Source of the DNA: Cyanophora paradoxa CCMP329
Lineage: Eukaryota; Plantae; Glaucophyta
Length of the DNA stretch: 28,181 nucleotides
Assembly: GCA_004431415.1 (NCBI GenBank)
Contig: QPMI01000009.1
Coordinates: forward strand, 1 to 28,181
Direction of reading: 5' to 3'
This document shows, piece by piece, positions 1-9,682 of this stretch (its first letter is position 1; each line of letters begins with the position of its first letter). The notes below the pieces were generated by a model. That model saw only the letters and a program-made list of their open reading frames with translations, had not been told where the DNA came from and made no database searches. The position numbers and the translations under genes are program-made.

Positions 1-1365
1 AACTCCAGCTTCACCTGAGGTGGAGATCAGGGGGGACAAGGCGGGGAAGGCAGATGGGGGTGAGAGAGGGAAGGCGGCGGGTGGTACGCGCCTCGGGCTG
101 GGGGGAGGCGGTGTAGGACCACACGTGCACGTACTGGTCCTCGCTCGCCGACGCGATCTGAGAGCAACAGGGGTCGGGGGTGCGAGGATCGGTTTGTTGG
201 GGGTACGGTGCGCACGAGGCCGCGAGAGGGGGAGACGTCCATCGCGTTGATTGTCCGCGAGTGCGCGTCGATCGCGCACGTCTGCCGGCCGCCGGCTCAG
301 TGAAGGTGGGGGGGAAAGGCGGAAGGGGGTACGGTGCGCGCCTTCCGCTTGGAGGCCACGTCGAAGATAGCGATGGTGCCGGTGCTGTACCCCGCAGCCA
401 GCTGCCGCTTGCCGTGGAACCCGAGCGACGAGCAGGGGTGCCTGCCCGGCGCAGTGAGCCGCAGGGGCAGAGCGGCAGGGGCGGGGCGGCTGCGGGGCGC
501 GGCGCACCCGCTGCCGAGGAACGTGCACTGCTTCTCGAAGCTCCCGGCGGCCCAGACGTGGATGCTCCCCTCGTCGTCCCCGCTGGCGAAGAGCTCGCTG
601 GACTTCTGCGGCCGGCCTCGGCGCCGGCGGCGCGCGGCGCGAGCGCGGGCGCGGGCGCGCGGAGCGGCCGCACGTCGGAGGCGATGTCGGTGATGGCGAA
701 CTTGTGCCCCGTCATCGTCCGCACGAGGGAGAACTCCTCGCGGTCGGCGAGGAAGACCAGCACCTCGCCCAGCGACGTGCCTGCCCGGCGAACTCAGCCG
801 CGCCGGCGCGCCGCCTGCTGCGCGGCGCGCGGCGAGGCGGTGCGCACCGACGCAGAGGTACTCCTTCTCCCCGTCCGACACGGAGCAGATGCCCCTGCAG
901 AAGCGCGAGCGGTCTGCGGGCCAGGATCGGCGGGCGGGCGCGACCAGCGCGGACACTCGGAGCCGCGCCGCACCTGTGCCCTTTGCGACGGGGATCGAGT
1001 GGTTGAAAATGAGCCGCGTGCCGTCCTTGTCGAACACCTGGGCGCGGGCGCGCGTCGGCGGCTGGCGCGCAGGGCGTGCGCGCCGCGCTGCTCACCTGCA
1101 CGCCGTTCTCGGTCGCCAGCACGAGCAAGACCGCTGAACCGATGGTCACGAACTTCGCCTGCATGACTGGCGCGCCATCCTTATAAGCTACGCGCGTCGG
1201 AGTGCTTCCCGATGGGTTCTGGACCGCCGCCTCCGGGATGAGGACGACCTCGTTCAAGTGCACATAAGCCAGGTGGCTGCCGCCGGACGACAGGTTGTTG
1301 AACGCCAGCGAGGGCGAGCCTTTCAACGCGTGGCCCTCCTTGACGGCCTCAGAGAAGATCCCCAT
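1..1365 (-). CDS. WDR54: WD repeat-containing protein 54 homolog (3' end runs off the window); 8 introns seen
   Basis: Manual splicing with introns 1038-1095, 914-973, 781-847, 606-673, 442-507, 282-341 (GC-AG), 158-215 and 15-91 (GC-AG) gives a continuous frame: MGIFSEAVKEGHALKGSPSLAFNNLS...LLVLATENGVQVFDKDG...FCRGIC...YLCVGTSLGEVLVF...GHKFAITDIASD...GDDEGSIHVW...HPCSSL...LAAGYSTGTIAIFD...IDAHSRTINAMDV...SASEDQYVHVW. These blocks are colinear with WDR54 as I recall it (LRGSAAALCNNLS, LLVLTSHRGIQ, FARGI, ICVGT, GHQMPITDIA, AAGYGNG, INAHARAI, AGEDTFVHIW). Confidence 0.9.
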
Positions 1366-1410
1366 CGCTATCTACGAATCTAGGACTACGATGACCCGGC
1401 ACGGAGGCCA

Positions 1411-1431
1411 AGCCGCGGAGTTTGACGTACC
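1411..1431. repeat. Left copy of 21-bp perfect direct repeat AGCCGCGGAGTTTGACGTACC
   Basis: Identical to 5474-5494; flanks diverge on both sides. Confidence 0.95.
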
Positions 1432-1447
1432 CTGCTGGACGGCTTCA

Positions 1448-1500
1448 CGTCTTCAACGTCGTCTTGGAACGTCGTCTTCGTCGTCTTGGACGTCGTCTTG
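1448..1500. repeat. Degenerate short tandem repeat with core CGTCGTCTT (~5 copies)
   Basis: cgtcttcaa cgtcgtcttggaa cgtcgtctt cgtcgtcttgga cgtcgtcttg read directly. Confidence 0.85.
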
Positions 1501-1654
1501 AAAGGGTCCTTGTTCAAGGACGACACGATCTCTTGACGCCGTCCGTCACGGTGTTGACTTTTGCACGTATGTAAAGCTCGTTTGAAAGCTAGGCCGCCAG
1601 CTAGCATTCGGCCTGCCGATCAGAGTGCACATCGCTGACCGATCAGAGTGCGAC

Positions 1655-4208
1655 ATGGCGATGATGAGACCCATCGCTGTCGCGCTCCTTCTCCTCTGTG
1701 CGGCTGTCGACGTATTCGCCCGTGAGCGCAGGATGCCCCGCTAGCTGGCTTGCAATTTCTGCCTTGGATGCAATTAATATAGTGCAATTTCTGCCTTGCA
1801 ATTGAATTCATGCTTCCTCTCAGAGACACCGATCATCGTCACTGACGGGTTTGAGCCCGTCATTGGCGGATACGCCACGATCGTCGTGACCGTCAGCGCT
1901 CAGTCTACCCGATGTGTCGTTTCCTGCGATGGCGTGCTCGGTCTGATAACCAGCCTGGACCAGGACTATGCGCCAGCGCCAGCCCCTCAAGGCCGTGCGA
2001 CACTCAATGGGACCACTGCCAGAGTTCCAGTGCGCTTGTCCAAGGCTCTCAGCGTCGCAGCGATATCTGATCAGCAAGCCCTGTCCGCGCGCAGGTTCCA
2101 CTCACGGTCAGCGATTACATGTACATATGCTATGCGACTGAGATAATCGGAGGTGTCTCTTTCACCGACGAATCAATGACCGTAATTGTTAGAACGAAGC
2201 CATTTCCTCCATCAATTTACATCCCTGCCGACCGTGGCTTCGTTCCTCTGTCTGGCAATCCGCTTCGGGGTGAGCTCACGCTGACGGTACATCGATTGGC
2301 AACGAGAGCAGTCGTGTCATGTTCGGACAACGCCAACCAAAGCACAATCCCTGTTACAAACGCGGATGCGGATTTCGATGGAGTGGATGCATCCAAGAGC
2401 GGTACAACTGCCACAATCCGGGCACGTATATTGAAAGTACCTGATCTCGTTGTGCTGATCCTGCAGACAGCTGGCTCTGGCTGCCAATGTAGCCCTGTAC
2501 AAGTGCAAGGCAACGCAGACCGTCGCTGGCCTTACCTCGGGTTTTAGTTCTGACGCATACATCACCACGATCCCTAGACCAGATCCTCCTACTTTCAACC
2601 TCTCTTCTGCCTTTGCCCTTCTCTATGGAAGCCCCTTGCGGGTCGATGTATCTCTGTCTGTCAGTGCATCTTCAACGAGAGCAGTAGTTGTGTGCACAGA
2701 CCTTGACGGGCTGGGTCCATCCATATCCAATGTAGACATGGATTACGATGGCATGTCTGCTATACTGTTGGGCACGCGTGCAACAATCGCGGTGCGTTCG
2801 TTTTTGCTTATGCATATGCCCGTGATATGCTATATTTCTGACGAAAACTCGACAGCTTGCTTTGACTGCTGGAAAATACTACAGTTGCACCGCAAAGCAG
2901 CGGGTGCTTGGAGTGGACTCGCTCGCCAGCCAGGGGACTAGCATCACAACAGTTCCCCCACCTCCAAAGGTCAACACTGCTGGCTTTCTTCTCATGTCAG
3001 GCGATCCATTACGAGGTGTCATTTCTCTCCAAGTGCATCCAGCGTCCTCAAGAACTGTTGTCGTTTGCACCGATATTGCTTCTGGATTACGTGTTCTGAG
3101 TGTGGATGCGGACTACGATGGCACACTTTCCGTCTTGACTATATCAGGGGAAATCGCAAGAGCTGATGTCAAGGTGCACTGTTTTCAGTGCTCGTTTCAT
3201 GATCATCCTTCGACCCTTCCCACACTCGCAGATTGCACTTCTGGGAAACAGCCGCTACCAATGCACGGCTACGCAGATGGTTCGGGGGGCTGTATCTCTG
3301 CCAAGCCTGCCATCCTCTTTGAACACGGTGGCACCCGAACCTACAATTGAGACAAAGGGCTTCGTGGTACTGGAGGGTGGATTCGTAACTTTGACCTTGA
3401 CTGTTCATTTAAATTCAACACGTGCTGTCGTGACATGCACATCTTCTGACTCGAACACTCTGGTCAGCAGCTCGGATACAGACTATGATGGCATCTTGTC
3501 ATCAAAGTTTGGACGGACTGCCTCAGTCAAGGTTCAGATTTCGGAAGTGCTAAGCAGTAGTACCAACAACTAAGCCTTGATTATGTGCATACGCCGCAGA
3601 TTGCACTAATGGGAAACAGCCTCTATCAATGCACGGCTACACAGACGGTTGGGGGGGGCATATCTCTGCCAAGCCTACCATCCTCTTTGAACACTGTTGC
3701 GCCCGAACCTACTATCCAGACAAAGGGCTTCGTGGTACTGGAGGGTGGATTTGCAACTGTGACCTTGGCTGTTCATTTGAATTCAACACGTGCTGTCGTG
3801 ACATGCACATCTTCCGACTCGAACACTCTTGTCAGCAGCTCGGATACAGACTATGATGGCATCTTGTCATCAAAATTTGGACTGACTGCCTCAGTCAAGG
3901 TTCAGATTTTGGAAATGCTAAGCAGTAGTACCAACAACTAAGCCGTGATTTATGTGCATACGCAGCTGACTTTAGAGGAGAAGAAGGATTACACCTGCAA
4001 AGCGATTCAAATGGTGAACAACTCATTCTCTACGCCCAGTGAAGAGGTCATGCTCAGCACAAAACACGGTATGCTTGCTTGTCACCCGGCATACGTATAT
4101 ATACGCATGCACATGACTCCAGCTCCCGGGAGTCCAGAGACGAATACGCAGAGACGCTTCCACTGGATATCTTGTAAAGGGTGCAATATGCGATCACGGG
4201 GCATCTAG
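1655..4208 (+). CDS. Secreted/surface protein with signal peptide and ~6 tandem ~100-aa beta-rich (FN3/Ig-like?) modules; 3' end probably truncated or frameshifted
   Basis: ATG at 1655 gives signal peptide MAMMRPIAVALLLLCAAVDVFA-Q. Introns 1722-1823, 2030-2094, 2422-2470 (GC-AG), 2792-2855, 3174-3231, 3532-3599, 3900-3965 and 4069-4122 restore one frame. Repeated motifs: YxCxAxQ, TRAVVxC, DxDYDG. The fold call is inference from the pattern only. Confidence 0.8.
3232..3965 (+). repeat. Recent tandem duplication of a 368-bp exon+intron unit (two 300-nt exons)
   Basis: Exons 3232-3531 and 3600-3899 are nearly identical, and so are their following introns (gttcagattt...gctaagcagtagtaccaacaactaagcc). 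Confidence 0.95.
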
Positions 4209-4462
4209 GTAGAAGTTCTGATCATTATCAGTTCTTTTACCTGGCCTGGGGACCGTTCTCAAATTCAGTACTAGGGTGCCGTTGGAACCAATGCTGTTTG
4301 TACAGACATTTACGTCCGTGGGCCTGAAGCCCCTGGGCGACTCGATATCGAGTGCAGTTGTAGTTGATCATCGTCTTTTTCAAATGTGTACATCTTTCTG
4401 TTCAACGGTTCAAATTAAATGTGCGATGTATACGGATGGAAGATGTGTATCTGGCACACGTG

Positions 4463-5265
4463 CTACCGCTTGATATCCGCCACGTGGAATGACCTCGACC
4501 CGATGGCCATGGGCCCGTGCTGCAGTGCCGTGGAGACCTTTGTCCTGAATTCGAAGGCCTTCGAGAGGGCTGCAGCGACCCCCACGGCCGCCGAGGGCCC
4601 GATCACGAAGCCCGATCCGAGGGCCACGGCCGCCCCCAGCTGCGAAGCCGTCAAGAGGGGAAGGGGTGCAGTGCCGTGGGTTCATGCGCTCGAAGACGAG
4701 GCGTATCACGGGGCACGATCTCCTTCTCCGTCGCCGTGACCACACCCTTTACGTTCTCCCGAAGGGGAGCGCATTCTTCTTCGAGGCATTCTTCGTGAGC
4801 AGGGGTACAGCATTCTTCGAGGGGGTGCGCGAAGGCGGGGGGGGGGCACCGGGTGAGGACAAGCTGAAGGTGAGGGGGCCGTCTGTGGCACGAGGCGGCC
4901 GTCTGTGGCACGAGGCGGCCCTCCACGAAGGAGCGCACCACGTCGTCCCCGCGGCCAGGACGCGGATTCCCGGTCGCGCGCCGCGGGCGGCGACGGCTAC
5001 GTCGGAGACATGCCGTCCCCGCCCCCGGGCCCCAGGAGGGAGACGGGCTCCTCCTCGAACAGCTCCAGTGCCTGGCGTCAGCCTCCTCGAACAGCTCCAG
5101 CTCCTCGAGTCCGGTGGCCTAGCGGTGAGCCTCAGCAGGGCGGGCACACGAGGCGGGATGAGCGCCCCGCCGTAAGGCGGGATAGCCGTCCACGTGGTCG
5201 TAAGCGGATGAGCGCCCCGCCGCAGGGCGCGGGTGGGGTCTCCTTCACGATGCGGGCGCATTTCT
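4463..5265 (-). pseudogene. Decayed intron-containing gene fragment(s) of unknown function
   Basis: Minus-strand acceptor-like signals (ctgac...ctgcag|aaatgc; gctcaccgctag|gccacc; ttcgcag|ctgggg) and peptide-like pieces (KCARIVKET, ATGLEELELFEE, GDDVVRSFVEGRLV, RENVKGVVTATEKEIVP) in inconsistent frames, interrupted by short local duplications. Confidence 0.4.
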
Positions 5266-5473
5266 GCAGGCGGGGCGGCGTGAGGGGCGGTCAGAGCGCA
5301 GCGCTAGCTGAGGACGTCAGCTGCAGGGTGTTCAACGAGCCTGGCCCTTGACGGCTGGAGCGTTCTCAGGCACCACGATGTGGGGGCGAGGGCCTGTGAA
5401 CAAGGCACGCAAGAATGTGAACAAGGAACGCAAGAAAACGAATGGTGCGCAGCGCGCCGCGGCGCGCCGGCTT

Positions 5474-5494
5474 AGCCGCGGAGTTTGACGTACC
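5474..5494. repeat. Right copy of 21-bp perfect direct repeat
   Basis: Identical to 1411-1431. Confidence 0.95.
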
Positions 5495-5629
5495 TCGGCT
5501 TCCACTTCGGCGTGACTTCGCGGCAGCTGTAGCACAGCCAGAAACAACTCGCACGTCTCCTCTAGCTAGTCGGCGGACGGCGTGCCCTGAGCGGCCTTGG
5601 CGCGAATCTGACGCGGCGGGCGAGCGACC

Positions 5630-6924
5630 ATGCTAGACCCGGCGCTCGAGCGTGCGCTGAAAGCGCGGAGGATCGCAAGCTCCTCTTTAAGGTCCGCCCG
5701 CCCAAGCCTCGCCCGTGTTCGTCTGCCGACCCCACCGCGCAGCTCGAAAACGAGCTGTTCGACTTCATCGATGACAAGGCGAGTGCGTCGCTATCGATTC
5801 GACTCCCCGTCGAGCTGCCTCGCGGCCCTCCCGTCCCTAGCCTAGTCACGGAGACCCGCGCCCGTCCTGCGCTGTGTACAGCATCGCTTGCGAGCCTCGC
5901 CATGCGCAGGGGCGACGCGCTTCAGTTGCCGGCGATGAGCAGCTTCCACCGCTCGCTCGTCCAGAAGACGGCGGAGCGCTTCAAGCTGCGCTGCGTGCTG
6001 GAGGGGTCCGAGATCAACCCGCAGGTGATCATCGAGCGCACTGCGAAGGCCGTCAAGCCCGCGCTGCGCTTCGTCGACTTCGTGCGCACGCCGCCTCGCC
6101 CTCGCCCAGCGCCCAGCGCCCAGCGCCCCGACGCGCGGCCGGCGGCAGATTCCGGATATGTTTGGCAAGCCGCCGCCGGTGACGCGCAAGCCGAAGCGCA
6201 CGACGCCCAAGCGGCCCGAGCTGGGCGCTACGTCCCGCCGTCGCGCCGGAAGCAGGAGCAGGCGTGAGGAGGGCGAGGAAGAGGGGGAGGAGAGGGCGAA
6301 GAGGACGAGGAGGACGAGGTCGAGGACGCGGAGGGCGAGGGCGACGGCGAGGAGGAGGCGGCCGCCGCCGCCGCCGCCGCCGCCGATGACGGGGAAGCTG
6401 AGAAGCCCAGCGGCGACAAGAGCGACGAGAAGCCGCGGAGGAGCGCTGCGAAGGAGGAAAGAGCGCCGGAGGCGGGCGCACCGGAGGGGCACGACGCGCC
6501 GCGGGAGCAGAGGCGGCGGGAGCGGGAGCGCGCGTCGCGGGGCCGCGAGTCGGAGGGCGCGCCGGCGGAGGAGGCGCCGGCCGCCGGCGGGGACCTGCGG
6601 AGCCTGATCGAGGCCCGCCGCTCCCGCGGCCGCGCCAGCGATGCATCCGAGGCCGCCGCCGACGCGCCGGCTGCCACGCCGCCAAGCCGGCGGCCCCTGC
6701 GCTGCGGACCCTCGCGGAGGCGGCGGAGGCGGGGAGCCGAGGCAGCAGCGGCCGTCTCGGGGCGGCCCTTGGGCGGCGCGGAGGCGGCGGCGGCGGCGGC
6801 AGCGGAGGGCAAGAAGGGCCGCGCGAGGAGCAGCGGGAGGCGCGGCCGAGCCGTGAGGGGCGGGAGGAGGGCGCCCCAGCGGGGGCGAGGTCCCGTCTGC
6901 GGCGGCGGCCGGCGACGAGAAGCC

Positions 6925-6958
<34 letters not shown>

Positions 6959-9589
6959 AGGGCGCGGAGGTCCATCGGGAGGGCGAGGCGGCGTCGGGGG
7001 AGGGCAGCAGCGGCCGGGGCGGCTGAACGTGCGGGCGCGCTCTTCTCGCGGCGATGGGCCTCCCGGTCACGGAGAAGCCGCCCCGAAGCCCGTCCGGCAC
7101 CGCTCCTCCGAGCGCACGAGGACCCGGCCGGCGAGGCGGCGGCGGCCCGGAGGAGGCGGCCCGGCCGGCGTCGGCCGCGGCGCGGGCGGGGGCGGGCGAA
7201 GGCGGGGCGGAGGCGCGGAGGGAGGAGGCGCCGGCGCAGCCGAAGAAGGGGGCGAGCTGGGGCGACCCGCCCGCGGCGCGGCGCTCCGAGGAGGGCGGCG
7301 ACCGGCGCGCCGGCCGCGCGTCGGGCGGCGCGGCATCCGGCGAAGCGGCGGCGCCGCCGCGCGGGGAGCGGAGGAGCGACGCGGCGCGAGAGGACGGGGG
7401 GCGGAAGGGCGCGACGTGGGGCGAGCCGGCGCCAGCCTCGGCCCGGCTGGCGCCAAGGCCGATCGGGCGGAGGCCGCGCCGGCGCGCAAGAGCGACGCCG
7501 CTCCGGCGCGCAAGAGCGACGCGGCGCAGGAGGCCCCGCCGGCCCGCGTCGGCCCCGGCCGCGAATCCCGCGCCGGCCCGGCGCGGACCCGGCCCCGGCC
7601 GCGGAGGCGGAGGCGGAGGCGGCGCCGGCGCCGGCGCCGGTGAAGAAGTCGTGGGCGGACGAGGTGGAGGGGATCGAGACGCCGCCGCGGCGCCGCTGCG
7701 GGCGCCGGCAAAGACGCGGGAGGACCCGCCCCGCGGCAGCGCGAGGAGGCGGCCCCGCCAAGCGCGGCTCCAGCTGGGGCCAGCCATCGAGCGCGCCCCG
7801 CCGAGAAGAGCTACGGCGGCAAGGCCCCCGGCGGGCGGACCGTAGCCCGCCGCGCGAGCGCGGGGCGGGGCGGGAGCGGAGCCCGCCCGCAGCGGCGGCC
7901 GCGACAGGAGCCCCGAGGGCAGCGGGGCGGCAGGCCCGAGGGCCGCGGGTCGAGCTGGGGCGGGTCCGGCGGCGACTCGTGGTCCGCTGCCCCCGCTCTT
8001 CCCCCCCTTCCTTGTCCGAGCGCCCGCGGCAGGTTCCACCACGACGAGCGGCGGGACAGCGGCAGGGGCGGGCGCGAGAGCGCCGGCGGCGGCAGCGGCA
8101 GCAGCGGCGGCGGCGGCGCCAAGGGCGGCCGGGAGAGCGGCGGCGGCGGCGCGCGGTGCGGCTTCCTTCTCCCCCTGCCCTTTCCTGTACGACATCATCT
8201 GAAAGGGCTGCACGCGCAGGGGCGGCCACGGCCACGGGCCGGCGCCCGTGCCCGTGATCAAGCCCAAGCCCCTGGCCGTGCCGAACTGGGACGCCCCGGA
8301 CCTCGGCCTCGACGCGGCCGCCAAGGCCAAGAAGGAGGGGCCGCGAGGCGGCGGCGAAGGGCGAGCGGGAGGCGCGGACGGGGGCACGTGGTACGTCAAG
8401 GACCGGAGGAGGATGAGCCGCGGCAGCGCAAGCCGCAGGCCTCGGCCTCGGCCCGGCGGCCCCGGCGGCCCGACGGCGCCCCAGGCGGGCGGCGAGGAGA
8501 AGAAGGCTTCAAGGTGCTGGACCTCACGGGGGACTCCCGCGCCCATCCCGTCCCCTCCTCCTCCTCCGCCGCCTCTTCGAAGCCAAAGGAGCGTAACATG
8601 GCGGTGCTGCTCGAGGACTACTCCGAGTTCGAGGGCGGCGCCTTCCAGGTGAGGAGGGGCCTCTCGGGGCCGACGACAGGCCTCGCCCGAGGGAGCGCCG
8701 GCGCGGCTGACGCGGCGCTGCGGCAGCGGACGCGGGGGAGTACCTCTCGGCGGGGACGGGCCAATCCTCGAGCTCCACGGGTTCGACTCCAGCCTCAAGA
8801 CGCCCCAGGTGGCCCCGCTCCTCAGGCCGCGCTCCCTTCTCGCTGCGCGGCCCCAGGGCCGATGGCACCCCAGGGCTCGCCCCGTGCCTGACCCTCCTCC
8901 GGGGCCGGTGCCGCGGGCAGATCGAGCGCTGCTGGACACGTACATCGCGGGGGCATGTGCCGCCTGAAGTGGTCGACGACACCCACTGCTCGCATCTTCC
9001 GCTCCTCCGACCTCGGTGCGCCCTTCTTACCTCTCTTGTCTCTCTCTCTCTCCCTCTCTCTTTCTGAGCCGGCGCCGCAGCGAGAACGCGCTGAGCAAGT
9101 CTCGAACCCTTCTTCAAGCTGCGGCCGCTGGCGACGCCTCCCAGGCCTCCCGCTCCGTCGCCGTCGCCGGCACTTGCTCCCCACTCCGCTATCCTCCCCC
9201 CTTCCTGACCGCCCGGGCCAGACGACGACGTCTCGTCGGCGAGCGGCCGGCGACCGACGCGACCGTCGCCCACCGCATGATCAAGGTGCCGAGCTTCTCC
9301 AGGCTGGCTGGCTGGCTGGGCCCGAGGCTCACGCCGCGGCGCGCGCGCGGGCCGCAGAACCTGCTGAACATCCGGGAGCCGCGCAAGTCGCCCGCCGAGG
9401 CCGCCGCGCCAAGGCGAGCGCGACGCCCGCGCTCCGCCGGCCGCCGCTCCGTGCGCGCTTCAAACTCCCTTCCCTTCTCGCCCCTCCTCTGCTCATCCCA
9501 ACGGGGCCGTTTCTGTTTTTGCAGGGGGCGTGACGGCGAGCCCCAAGGCGGACGGGGCGTGGGACTCCGGCGACGAGGACCAGCCGTAG
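5630..9589 (+). CDS. R3H and coiled-coil domain-containing protein 1 (R3HCC1/R3HCC1L)-like RNA-binding protein; multi-exon, many apparent indel errors
   Basis: N-terminal MLDPALERAL..EDRKLLFK|LENELFDFIDDK..LQLPAMSSFHRSLVQKTAERFKL (R3H-type); long low-complexity middle; C-terminal ILELHGFDSSLKT...RLKW(V)DDTH...IFRSSDL...LRPL..ASQASR...ERPATDATVAHRMIK matches the family RRM (IKWVDDTHA) and the RPETSAALARRLV motif; ends GAWDSGDEDQP* at 9587-9589. Several single-base frameshifts must be assumed. Confidence 0.8.
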
Positions 9590-9682
9590 CGGAGCGCCAG
9601 TGGCCCCCAATTTCGGTCTCTGCCTCCACACAGTTTTGCAAGTGCAACACAGTTACAGATCTAGAGGAAACCACGGCTGCAG

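Larger units (their letters stand above)
1432..5473. mobile_element. Putative 4.04-kb cargo-carrying insertion bounded by a 21-bp direct repeat (TSD/att-like); no transposase seen
   Basis: Bounded by the 21-bp repeat; 1.5-4.5 kb is visibly far lower in GC than the flanking genes; removing the block would leave a ~200-bp WDR54/R3HCC1 divergent spacer. No TIR or poly(A) tail seen. Confidence 0.5.

Noticed and set aside
5321-5380. Old duplicate of the WDR54 5' end (TTCAACG..TGGCCC..TTGACGGC resembling 1322-1347)
   Set aside because: A short gapped match with inconsistent spacing to the 21-mer; cannot be separated from chance without alignment statistics.
5452-5476. Helitron 3' end (GC palindrome plus CTTAG)
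   Set aside because: The terminus is not CTRR at the usual spacing, and Helitrons do not make 21-bp duplications.
5842-8945. 797-aa and 905-aa minus-strand ORFs
   Set aside because: Antisense shadows of the low-complexity R3HCC1-like gene in very GC-rich DNA.
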